From positions 1,488,001 to 1,552,000 of the forward strand of contig CAKKNE010000002.1 in the NCBI GenBank assembly GCA_918797485.1: a DNA stretch of 64,000 bases, written 5' to 3'. The notes beneath the pieces are model-generated. The model saw only the letters and a list, made by a program, of their open reading frames with translations. It had not been told where the DNA came from and searched no databases. This DNA is from Pelagomonas calceolata. Its lineage: Eukaryota. Numbering within the stretch: the stretch's first letter is position 1; each line of letters starts with the position of its first letter. A program made the translations under genes and the position numbers. Positions 1-8,323 of this stretch are shown here, piece by piece.

Positions 1-321
1 AAGGAAAAAAAGCGAATGAAAAAGGAGATGAAGAGGCAGAAACGACGCCGCTCGAAGAGCCCAGTACAACGAAAAACGCCCGAGGGACCGCAACCGCCGC
101 CGCCGCCCGCGCGGCCCTCGCTGCTCGCGGCGGCGATGGCGCCCCTCTCGACGGGCACCGTCGCGGGCGACCGCAGCGGCTCCTTTGTTGGGAGCGGCTG
201 GTCGCACGGCGGCGCCGCTCCCGCAAAAGAAGGGCCGCTCACGGGCCTCCAGCGCGCGCACCGAGATGAATCCCGCGAGACCGCGCTCCACGCGCTCGCG
301 CGCAAGCGGCCCGATAAGTAG
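1..321 (+). CDS. 3' end of a Lys/Arg-rich protein, 5' partial, function unknown
   Basis: Frame 1 is open from base 1 (KEKKRMKKEMKRQKRRRSKSP...) to TAG at 319-321 and converges on the next gene, whose stop is 4 nt away. Confidence 0.55.
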   Translation, partial: KEKKRMKKEMKRQKRRRSKSPVQRKTPEGPQPPPPPARPSLLAAAMAPLSTGTVAGDRSGSFVGSGWSHGGAAPAKEGPLTGLQRAHRDESRETALHALARKRPDK

Positions 322-325
322 AAAC

Positions 326-1447
326 CTAGAATTTATTGCTGTGCACCCCAACGTACTGCTCCGCCTGGTCCGCGAGGACGTCCGTAATTTCCAGAGACGC
401 GATCGCGCCGGACGCGTCCGCGAAGACGCGGTCGACCTGGATCCGCATCTCCGCGCCCGGCGCGTGCCAGTCCAGGCTCAGCACGCCGCCGGCCTCGCAG
501 CGCGGCGAGCACGCCGCCGTCGCGCGGCCCGCGAGCCGCACCTCGGCCCGCGCGGCGCCGAGTTTCGGGTGCACGTCGAAGAGGCCCGTGCCCGCGGTTT
601 CTGGAAAATCGCCCTCTGACCGCACGACATCCAAGTAGGCGAGCGCGCCCCGCTCGTAGACGGCCCTACATGTGAGCAGCCTCTTCTCATACGCGGTCCA
701 GACGTCGCAGGCGAGCCGGTCGCCGTCCGCGCGCGCGAAGCTGAAGGCCTCGCCGTTCGCCGCGAGGCCGCCCACGGCAAACGACCCTCGGGCCAGGCCG
801 TCGAAGTCGATTGGACGAAGAACGGCGTCGCCTAAAGCTAATTCATCCCGCTTTTCGTTGATCGCCACGCGCCAGCCGTCGTACGCCGTCGGCGCGCCCG
901 CGTCGTCGTCCGTGTTTATGTCCAGGCTCCCCTCAAACGTCTCCTTCAGCGTGAGGATGCCCTCCTGCAACACGAAGCGCTCGCCTCTGGTAACGTAGCT
1001 CCCGCAGAACGCTTCCCTAAATTTTTGGCACTGGAACATCTCCTTCTCCTTCTTCGTCGCCGCGAGCTTCGCCTTGAGCTCCTCCTCGGGCAGCATCTCG
1101 TCCGGGACGGGGGGGCGCACCTTCGGCATGTAGCCGAGGCGGTCCCTTGGTAATTTCTCGATGGGCCAGTCCTCCCAGCCCAGATACTTGACGGAGGCGC
1201 TGCCGGCGTCGCACTCGACGACCTCGGCGACGTACCACTGGCCGTACTCGTCCCTCGCTTGCACGAGCGCGCCGGGGAAGACGTAGTCCGCGTCCTCCGG
1301 TGGGGTTCCTGCGGCGTTGAGATCAAAGTCCGAGTAGTCGTCATCTATCCTGGAGTCGACGGCGCGCCGTGGCGCTGGTCTCGGCAGCGCTGGTGCGAGG
1401 AATGCCGCCGCGCAGGCGAGCCACGCAGCTTGCACAAGCGTACGCAT
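326..1447 (-). CDS. Probable plastid-targeted protein with a Tudor/SH3-like domain and a C-terminal beta-rich region (weakly DUF3598/BFA1-like)
   Basis: 373 aa ORF with ATG at 1447. The N-terminus MRTLVQAAWLACAAA-FLAP resembles the stramenopile signal+ASAFAP bipartite presequence. PGALVQARDEYGQWYVAEVVE...VKYLGWEDW..E is Tudor-like. The C-terminal family call is weak. Confidence 0.7.
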   Translation of the reverse strand: MRTLVQAAWLACAAAFLAPALPRPAPRRAVDSRIDDDYSDFDLNAAGTPPEDADYVFPGALVQARDEYGQWYVAEVVECDAGSASVKYLGWEDWPIEKLPRDRLGYMPKVRPPVPDEMLPEEELKAKLAATKKEKEMFQCQKFREAFCGSYVTRGERFVLQEGILTLKETFEGSLDINTDDDAGAPTAYDGWRVAINEKRDELALGDAVLRPIDFDGLARGSFAVGGLAANGEAFSFARADGDRLACDVWTAYEKRLLTCRAVYERGALAYLDVVRSEGDFPETAGTGLFDVHPKLGAARAEVRLAGRATAACSPRCEAGGVLSLDWHAPGAEMRIQVDRVFADASGAIASLEITDVLADQAEQYVGVHSNKF

Positions 1448-1816
1448 GGCTGCAATCTCTCGTCCCCTGCGATGGAGCGATGCGACTGCGGTCTGCGGCT
1501 GTCTAGCGGATCGAAAGGGAGCACGATGCCGCGCTTAGACTGTCTAGCAGCCACGCTGGTGCAAATAGCCGAGCGCCCGGAGCTAGCGTGATGTAAGGCA
1601 CTAGCTCACGCTGCTGTGCCTGTAAAAACAGCAGTGCTGGCGCGCGAGGCCTTATTGACCTCTTTTGGATTGGCACTGCAAGGCCAGCATACGCCTGCAG
1701 TCGATAGTAACGAGCAACTGCTCACACAAGTGAGCAGTGCTCTCCCTGAGGCCTGTGCTCTCTGAAGCAGACCAGCGCCTGAAACGCTGCTACAGACCCG
1801 AAGCGCTGCGTTAGAA

Positions 1817-3136
1817 ATGACACCACAGCTGCTACGCAATGTCAAGCGTCAGACGTGGCTCCTGACCTACGTTCTGCTGCCACTCATACGCGCGCTCGAC
1901 TGGCTGCTCTGCAAAAGGCACTTCGGCCTGCGCCTCCTCGACCCCAACCATCTGATCACGAGGCGCCTCGACCCGCGACGCCTGATGCAAAAGGCGCGCG
2001 CCATCGCCGGCGACGGCCCCTTCCACCTGCCCGACGCGTTGGTCGAGGACAGGCTGCGGCGCGCGCAAGCGGCGCTGCGCGACGCGAATCTGAAAGGATT
2101 GGGGGCGCCCGGCGATCTCGTCGTGGGCCTGCCCGCCGTCGCCGTCTTGGAGCGGCGGCTGACGCGCGCGCTCGTCGCGGACCTGCGGGTCACGCGCGCG
2201 GTCGCGCTCGACGGCGCCTATTTCGCGTCGCCGCCGGGCGAAGACGCCCTCATCATCACGGGGCCGCCGCGGTCGGGCACGACGCTCTTGCTCGAGCTGT
2301 TGGCCTGCGATGAGGAAACGTGGCGGCCGCTGACGGGGCCGGAAGCTTTGGTACCGGGCGCCGTCGACGGCGATGGAGCCGTGCTCACGAGCGCCCTGGC
2401 CGGCCAGGCGCTGGCCTTCCAGAGCACGAAAGAAGCCCATTATGAAGAGGTCGACGGCCCGACGGAGTGCCGGTCGCTCCTCGAGAACGCGGGCGCGCCG
2501 TACGTGTTCTGGTGGGTGCTCGGCCTGACGGGCCCGCTGGACGCCTGGCTGGCGGACGACGCGCGGCGGCGGTCGGACTACGCCTTCTACCGCCAGGAGC
2601 TCGCGGCCGTGCGCCTCGCCGGCGGTCGTGCCGACACGCGGCGCTGGCTCCTCAAGGACCCGTGCCACCTCTTCTCGCTCGACGAATTATTTGACACGCT
2701 GCCCAACGCGAGGGTCGTCTGGCTCCACCGCGACCCGGCCACGGTATCGGCCTCGCTCTGCGCGTTGCTGTCCAAAGTCTGGCGGCTCCTCTACCGCGCG
2801 GAGGCGTCACCATCGCCGCCGCGGTTCAACGACGCCGTCGTCGCGTACCTCGGCAAATTACTAGACGCGGGCCTCGCCTTTAGAAGGAGGCGGCCCGGCG
2901 CGGCGGTCCACGACCTGTTGACCACTGATCTCGCGGATGACCCGCTGCTCGAGGTCGCGCGCGTCTACGCCTTCGCCGGCGAGGCGCTCTCGGACGCGGC
3001 GCGGGCGAAGATGAAGAAGCTCCTCGCTGATCGTTCGAAGGCGCCGCGGCACGTCTACGCCGCCGCGGATTTTGGGCTCGAGCCCGCGGATTTGGATCGA
3101 AGGTTCGCGAAATACAAGCGGGAGTTCGGCGTGTGA
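1817..3136 (+). CDS. PAPS-dependent sulfotransferase (Sulfotransfer_3 type) with an N-terminal hydrophobic segment
   Basis: 439 aa intron-less ORF with the 5'-PSB loop ITGPPRSGTTLL and the WLLKDPCHL and VVWLHRDP (3'-PB) motifs. Confidence 0.88.
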   Translation: MTPQLLRNVKRQTWLLTYVLLPLIRALDWLLCKRHFGLRLLDPNHLITRRLDPRRLMQKARAIAGDGPFHLPDALVEDRLRRAQAALRDANLKGLGAPGDLVVGLPAVAVLERRLTRALVADLRVTRAVALDGAYFASPPGEDALIITGPPRSGTTLLLELLACDEETWRPLTGPEALVPGAVDGDGAVLTSALAGQALAFQSTKEAHYEEVDGPTECRSLLENAGAPYVFWWVLGLTGPLDAWLADDARRRSDYAFYRQELAAVRLAGGRADTRRWLLKDPCHLFSLDELFDTLPNARVVWLHRDPATVSASLCALLSKVWRLLYRAEASPSPPRFNDAVVAYLGKLLDAGLAFRRRRPGAAVHDLLTTDLADDPLLEVARVYAFAGEALSDAARAKMKKLLADRSKAPRHVYAAADFGLEPADLDRRFAKYKREFGV

Positions 3137-3197
3137 GTTGTTGGTTGTGCATAATAATGTATATATCACATATGCTTATGGGGCGCCACCGAAGCTA

Positions 3198-3270
3198 GCG
3201 CGCGCGATTGGTGTCGGCCCCGCGCGGCACGTATGATGGCCGCGCGGTGCGTCGTAATCGTCGCGGGCGC
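3198..3270 (-). promoter_or_regulatory. SECIS-like stem-loop in the 3' UTR of the peroxiredoxin
   Basis: Minus strand reads cgcgacgatt-ACGAC-GCACCGCGCGGC-CATCATACGT-GCCGCGCGGGGC-CGAC-acc-aatcgcgcg. This gives a lower helix (CGATT/AATCG), a tandem GA/GA core and a 12-bp upper helix with one mismatch. It begins ~20 nt after the stop of a gene with an in-frame UGA. Confidence 0.72.
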
Positions 3271-3291
3271 CCGCCGCGGAGGCGTAGCCCC

Positions 3292-4212
3292 TTAGATCGT
3301 CTTCAGGAAGTTCTCGGCGAACGTCGACTCCGGCGCGTCGTCGCCGGCCGGGTCGCTGTGGAGGCCGTCCGCGCCCTTGGGCCCCTCGGCGACGCTGAGG
3401 GACGTGAGCACGCCGTCGTCGTAGAAGGCAGCGAAACGCTTCATGCGCGGCCCGCCCAAATCATGCAGGTTGTTCGGGTGGTCCAGGACTAAGTCAAGAG
3501 CCTTCGCGAGCTCGCAGCCTGCGATGAATCGACGTCTCAAAAAACCAAGGCACTAATTAATGTCGCACGGGTAGCGACGCGCGTCCGCGAGCAACGTGAC
3601 CTTGTGGTCCGCGCGGGCCACGTAGCGCGCCGACGCACCTGTGTGGAAATCATAATTTTACGGCGCGTTCGTGCCGAATCGTCGCGTCGACCTCGACGTC
3701 ATCGACGCGCCATCTGTTCGATGGCGTGGCGGTGCGGGTCCCTCTCTCACGAACGCGTCGCCGGATATGAGTTTGTGAAGAATTCCACACAGCGCCCGTA
3801 CGCTTGTCGTTGTCGTCGATGTCCTGTGCCGTCGCCCAGGCACCCATGACGGCGGCGTCGTTCACGGCCGAGATGATGACTTCGTCGATGTTTTTCTCCG
3901 CGAGCGCCTGTGCGGACGACCGGTGAGTATCGACCGGTCGAGCAGTCGCGTCGATCGCGTGAGTACACTGAGTCACGCCTCAGTAGCGGCGAGGTAGCCC
4001 GGGATGTTCTTCGTGGATCAGGTGGGCGTGAAGGCGCCCGGTAGCCCCAGAAGGATCACGCGGCGCCCTTTGCAGCGCTGTGCAAAGTTCACCTCCTTGG
4101 GAGCAGGGAAGCTCACATCTAATCCGACATCCGGCGCTTTATCACCGATACTAGCGAACGCGCGGCTGCGGCCGAGCAGAGATGGGCAACGCAGCGCGGT
4201 GCGGGCAATCAT
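3292..4212 (-). CDS. Type II/Prx5-like peroxiredoxin; selenoprotein (UGA at codon 65); mitochondrial-type presequence; 4 exons
   Basis: Proposed exons 4212-3979, 3907-3802, 3638-3579 and 3518-3292 join in frame (208 aa). The sequence GLPGAFTPT-TGA-STKNIPGY aligns to the Prx5 PGAFTPxCS motif. Later motifs AVNDAAVMGAW, VTLLAD and RMKRFAAFYDDG also match. The exon 2/3 junction is less certain. Confidence 0.88.
3639..3792. mobile_element. Introner-type element with TIRs, forming intron 2 (3639-3801) of the peroxiredoxin
   Basis: Perfect 10-bp TIR CTGTGTGGAA...TTCCACACAG. Flanks CGACGCAC and CGCCCGTAC look like a degenerate TSD. The TIR end supplies the CAG acceptor on the minus strand. Confidence 0.78.
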
Positions 4213-4540
4213 TGTGGCGCACGAGTCCAATTAAGCTGTGGCTCTGAGAGGCACACCTTGGTACGGGGTTGGGGGGAAAGAAAGACAGACCCATCCGTAA
4301 CGAAATTCGCCAGACGCGCTTCTGCAGCAGTGGTAGCCGGGATTTCGACAATGAAGCCGCCACAAGGCTCACGCTCTCCAGATAAAGCGCTGCAAATAGC
4401 GCTGTGCCATCGCGAGCAAAAGACCAAGTGGGGTGTGTACGCTACGCCTCTTCGAGCCTGAGCACAGCACAGCTCAAAATTTCGACGCGTAAAGGTCGAT
4501 TTGACCAGCAACAAGTAGGCAGCACGTGTCCGTGTCAACG

Positions 4541-6162
4541 ATGGCGTCGCGCGCGCACAGACTCGTGCGTCGCTTGTCATCCGCTGCATCCTCGTACGAT
4601 GCGCTCGTCATCGGCGGCGGGCCGGTGGGGACGGAGATCGCGAGGCTGGGCGGTCTCATCGGTCTCGACGTGGCGGTCGTGGACCCGCGAGGAGCTGTGT
4701 GGAAATTAACAATCAATCAACCAGTGAAAGCGTTTGACACAGGCGAGGAGCGCTGCTGGCCGCCCCCACGGGCTACGTCTCGAAGGTCCTGCTCGACGTG
4801 TCGAACTGCGCCGAACGCAACTCGCGCGTCGTTCCGCGGGAGTGGACGCACGCCAAGTACGCCCTCGACGCGACGGCGGTGAGAGCACTAGCGATGACGG
4901 CGGACCTCTTCCAGGACTCGTCCGTCGGCGCGGACGTCGTCGCGGGCCGAACCGAGTTCGCGCCGACCGTCATCCAAGGGCGAGCCGCCTTCAAGGGCCG
5001 CGACGCGTCGGGCTCCTACGAGGTCCAGGTGCACGGCGCCGCGCCGACCGTCGTGCACGCTCCCACGGTCTTCATCGCGACGGGCTCGGCCTCCACGCGG
5101 CTCCCCTCTCTCCCCTTCGACGAGGCCAACGCCACGGGTTGGATTTTTGACTCCGACTCGATCGTCGGCATCGGCCGCGTGCCGGAGCACATCTTCATCC
5201 AGGGCGGAGGTCTGATCGCCGTCGAGTACGCCTTCATCTTCGAGCGGTTGGGGGCCAAGGTCACGCTCGCGCTGCGCGAGGAGCGCGTGCTCCAGGGCAA
5301 GGACGTCGACATTGACATCTCGGCCGCCGTCGGGGCGCGCCTCGAGGAACGAGGCGTCGAGATTCGGTACGGAGACGGGAACGTCGTGAAGGTGACGCCG
5401 CCCGCGGAGCACGGGGGCGTCGGCTCCGTGGAACTCGGCTCCGGCACGGTCGTCGAGGCCGGCGCCTTCCTCTCGGCGCTGGGACGCGGCGGCGCGGCGA
5501 AGGGCTTGAACGTCGAGAACGCCGGCCTGCGACCGCCGCTTCCCTCGGGTCACTTGGCCGTGGACTACAACTCGCTCGTCGCCGAATCGACGGGCGGCGA
5601 CTGCCGCGTTTTTGTGGCGGGCGACACGGTCAAGGACTGCGCTATCTATCCGGGCGGCCTCTTGAGCACGGGCCTGGCGCAGGGCCACGTCGCGGTGCGA
5701 GGCGCGTTCCCCGAGGCGTGGCGCGCGACGTTCCCGCCCGTCGGGCGCCGCGTCGAGGGCTCGAAGATGGACGCGTTTCCCGCGGTCGCGTTCTGGATCG
5801 ACGACGGCGTGGCGACCGTGGGCGTCACGGAGCAGGCAGCTCGCATGGCCCACGGCGACGACATCGGCACGGCCTCTGCCAAGTACTCGGAAACCGTCAA
5901 GGCCTGCGTCCAGCCGCGGCCCGACGACGAGTTCCTCAAGATCGTGTACCTTAAGACGTCCGGGTCCATCCTCGGCGTCCACATCTTCGGCAAGGACGCC
6001 AGTGAGATGATCAACCACGGCGCGGCGTTCGTGAACCGCGGGCAGACCATCTGGGACGTCATCCACAGCATCCCGCCGGCGGTCACCTACGACGAGGTCT
6101 TCCTCCGCGCCGCGCGCCGGGCGTGCTACAGCATGGCCCAGTTCTCCGGCGAGCGCGCGTGA
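4541..6162 (+). CDS. Flavoprotein of the pyridine nucleotide-disulfide oxidoreductase class, soluble-transhydrogenase-like (no redox-active Cys pair); mitochondrial-type presequence; 2 exons
   Basis: Exons 4541-4686 and 4743-6162 join as ...VVDPRGALLAAPTGYVSK... Motifs: FAD-binding YDALVIGGGPVG, IATGS, NAD(P)-binding GGGLIAVEYA, VFVAGD, and dimerisation-domain ILGVHIFGKDASEMI. Confidence 0.85.
4687..4750 (+). mobile_element. Introner-type element (4695-4742) with a perfect 8-bp TSD; forms the GC-AG intron 4687-4742
   Basis: GCGAGGAG [CTGTGTGGAAA...TTTGACACAG] GCGAGGAG. Removing the first TSD copy plus the element restores the reading frame. Confidence 0.9.
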
Positions 6163-6266
6163 AGTAAAGTATTGTGTCTGACCAGAGTCTCGCATCCTCC
6201 CCCCGGTCTATTCCTCTGGGAAATGCAGGTCTTTCGGTGGGCTGTCGTTCAACTTCTTGATATTGC

Positions 6267-6914
6267 TTACGCACCCTCCGGCGGCGTTTCGCGGGCGCGG
6301 AGCGCGGCTCGCGCGTCTTGTAATCGGGGCTCAATCCATTCGGTGAGCGGGTGCGCTCCACCGAGCACGCGCCTCGCGATCCGATCCGCGTCCTCTAGCG
6401 TCGTCACGGCCTCGCGGAGATCTTTGAGCGTGGCGGCTGCGTCTCTGTAGAGCGCCATCGCGTAATTCGTTTTCATCCTAAGCGTGGTGTCACGACCCTC
6501 TCTAAGGACGCGTTGCGCCACGGGCATCGTCTTGCGCAGCAGTGACTTGGCTTCTTGATGGTGCTGTTGACTGACAAGCATATTCGCATAGTTGTTGGCC
6601 GCAACGAGGGTCATTTCATTTTCTTCACCGTTGAGCTTCAAAAACCCGGAGTATACTTCTCGCTCCATCCATAAGGCCTGTTTATGCCTTCCGAGGATAT
6701 CATAAATGTTAGCAAGATTGCTCTGCATGGCGAGTATGTTTCTTTCTGATGCACCAAGCCGTCGCAGCGTTGACAACTCTGCCTCTCCCACGGACAACGC
6801 GTCCTCGTGGTGGTCTGCATCGGCTAAACCGTTCCCAAGCAGGTTGATAGCCATGCACCGAGCCTTGTCCGTCTCCACTCGACTCATGCTCAGCTGTTTG
6901 CAGACAACTACCAT
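6267..6914 (-). CDS. TPR-repeat (kinesin-light-chain-like) protein, possibly 5'-truncated
   Basis: 215 aa with helical TPR-like repeats (LGNGLADADHHEDAL, MQSNLANIYDILGRHKQAL, AANNYANML, RRVLGGAHP). GC is lower than in neighbouring genes and the repeats start abruptly next to a non-coding low-GC tract. Confidence 0.65.
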   Translation of the reverse strand: MVVVCKQLSMSRVETDKARCMAINLLGNGLADADHHEDALSVGEAELSTLRRLGASERNILAMQSNLANIYDILGRHKQALWMEREVYSGFLKLNGEENEMTLVAANNYANMLVSQQHHQEAKSLLRKTMPVAQRVLREGRDTTLRMKTNYAMALYRDAAATLKDLREAVTTLEDADRIARRVLGGAHPLTEWIEPRLQDARAALRARETPPEGA

Positions 6915-8323
6915 GATCCCCCAAAGTTTTGGATCCAGAGCTCACTGGAGAGCCACAAGCACCGGCGTATGCGGCCTACCCGACTACCCGACCCCAGATC
7001 TATCCCGGAGGGCGTCCGCGAGCCGATCTGCATCCGAAAAAAGTTATTAATTTGGGCCCGATGGCGCCCCGTTCCCGTCAAAAACGTCAATTACCCGAGG
7101 GCACCTAGGAACCGTAATAGCGGTCTCGTCGGACCCCATACTACCCCAGCGATAGTCAATTACAAGTATATGGCATCTACATTATAAGAAGGGTACTTTT
7201 GGCTGCCCACGCTCGGGACGTGAACATCTTTATCTGGACCTCGCGTAAGTCCGTCGATCATAGAACAAATGATCGCGTTATGGTCCATGGTGAAGGTACA
7301 CGGGCTGATGGCCGCAGGTCCGGGTCTGGAGCCAAATATAGCCAGATCGTGGGGTCGGGAGTCCGAGAAGGCGCGGAGACCCTACGGTGAAAGAAATCAA
7401 ATGTAGTTCACGCTCAGGCCAATTAGCTGGCCCGTCCCACTACTAAAGCGCCTGAAACGCAAATTTATTTCACAACTCACCGGTCTGGGGCCTTTCTGGT
7501 GCCTCGCGTACGCACCGTCGCCAGCGGAGAACGGGCAAGTCGGTCGATCGTGAATAGAACAACGGCGTCATGGTCCATCTGGGTGGTGGCGTCGCTGATA
7601 CTCGCGGGTGCAGGTGATTTGGCCGTTTTTGTACAAACGTGGGGACCCGGAATCTCCGTTTCGCGCGGCTCCAACAGATCCTCTAACATAGCTCATCCCC
7701 GCCCAGGCGGCCTAGATGGACTCTAACACCAACAAACGGATTAAAACGAACATAAAATCGGGAGTTGTCCGGTAGAATTCTTCTCCCGCCCTCCGAGCGC
7801 GGACCGTCGGCTCCGGTTCCGTCGATTGTGGATGAAAACTGGGCTGAAGTTGATATAATACACTATTCGGATAGTAGATGGCGGCATTAATCGCTGGTGT
7901 ATTTTGGCGAGCCGGAAGACTCATCCGCGAATGTCGCGGGCGGTGCCTTCCGGGAGGCGCGAGGGTATGTTCCCGGGCCCCAACTCTGAAATGTTTGGTC
8001 TCGGCGAACGAATAGGATGTATTCTGAATTTTGGTCATTCTTTTGACGCTAACGAGGCGCATCTTTAAATTTACTAGTATGTCGATATACGCTAGCTCGG
8101 TTGGCTCGTCTTTGTATAAACATGGGGGCCCGGAGCAGAATAATCTCGCACCTTGGTACATGGGACTACTTCGGGCGCTCGCGCAGCCATCGACTGCGAT
8201 ATTGCGATTGGCCCGAGGCGGATCTGCGAATTGCCCGGCGGCGCCGCGGAACTTCCGGGAGTGATAGATCGGGAGTGATATATTTTGTCGGGGGATGCTG
8301 ACCCAGTACAACAACCAGAACCG

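Noticed and set aside
1817..3136. Sulfotransferase as the dedicated modifier of the giant protein's Tyr/Asp repeats
   Set aside because: Only proximity supports it, several unrelated genes lie in between, and its motifs resemble small-molecule/lipid Sulfotransfer_3 enzymes.
4018..4020. Peroxiredoxin pseudogene with a premature stop
   Set aside because: The stop is UGA exactly at the catalytic Cys, the downstream exons are intact, and a SECIS-like hairpin follows.
7712..8314. 200-aa minus-strand ORF in the low-GC tract
   Set aside because: No recognisable domain or transposase motif, and it lacks the codon bias of the neighbouring genes.
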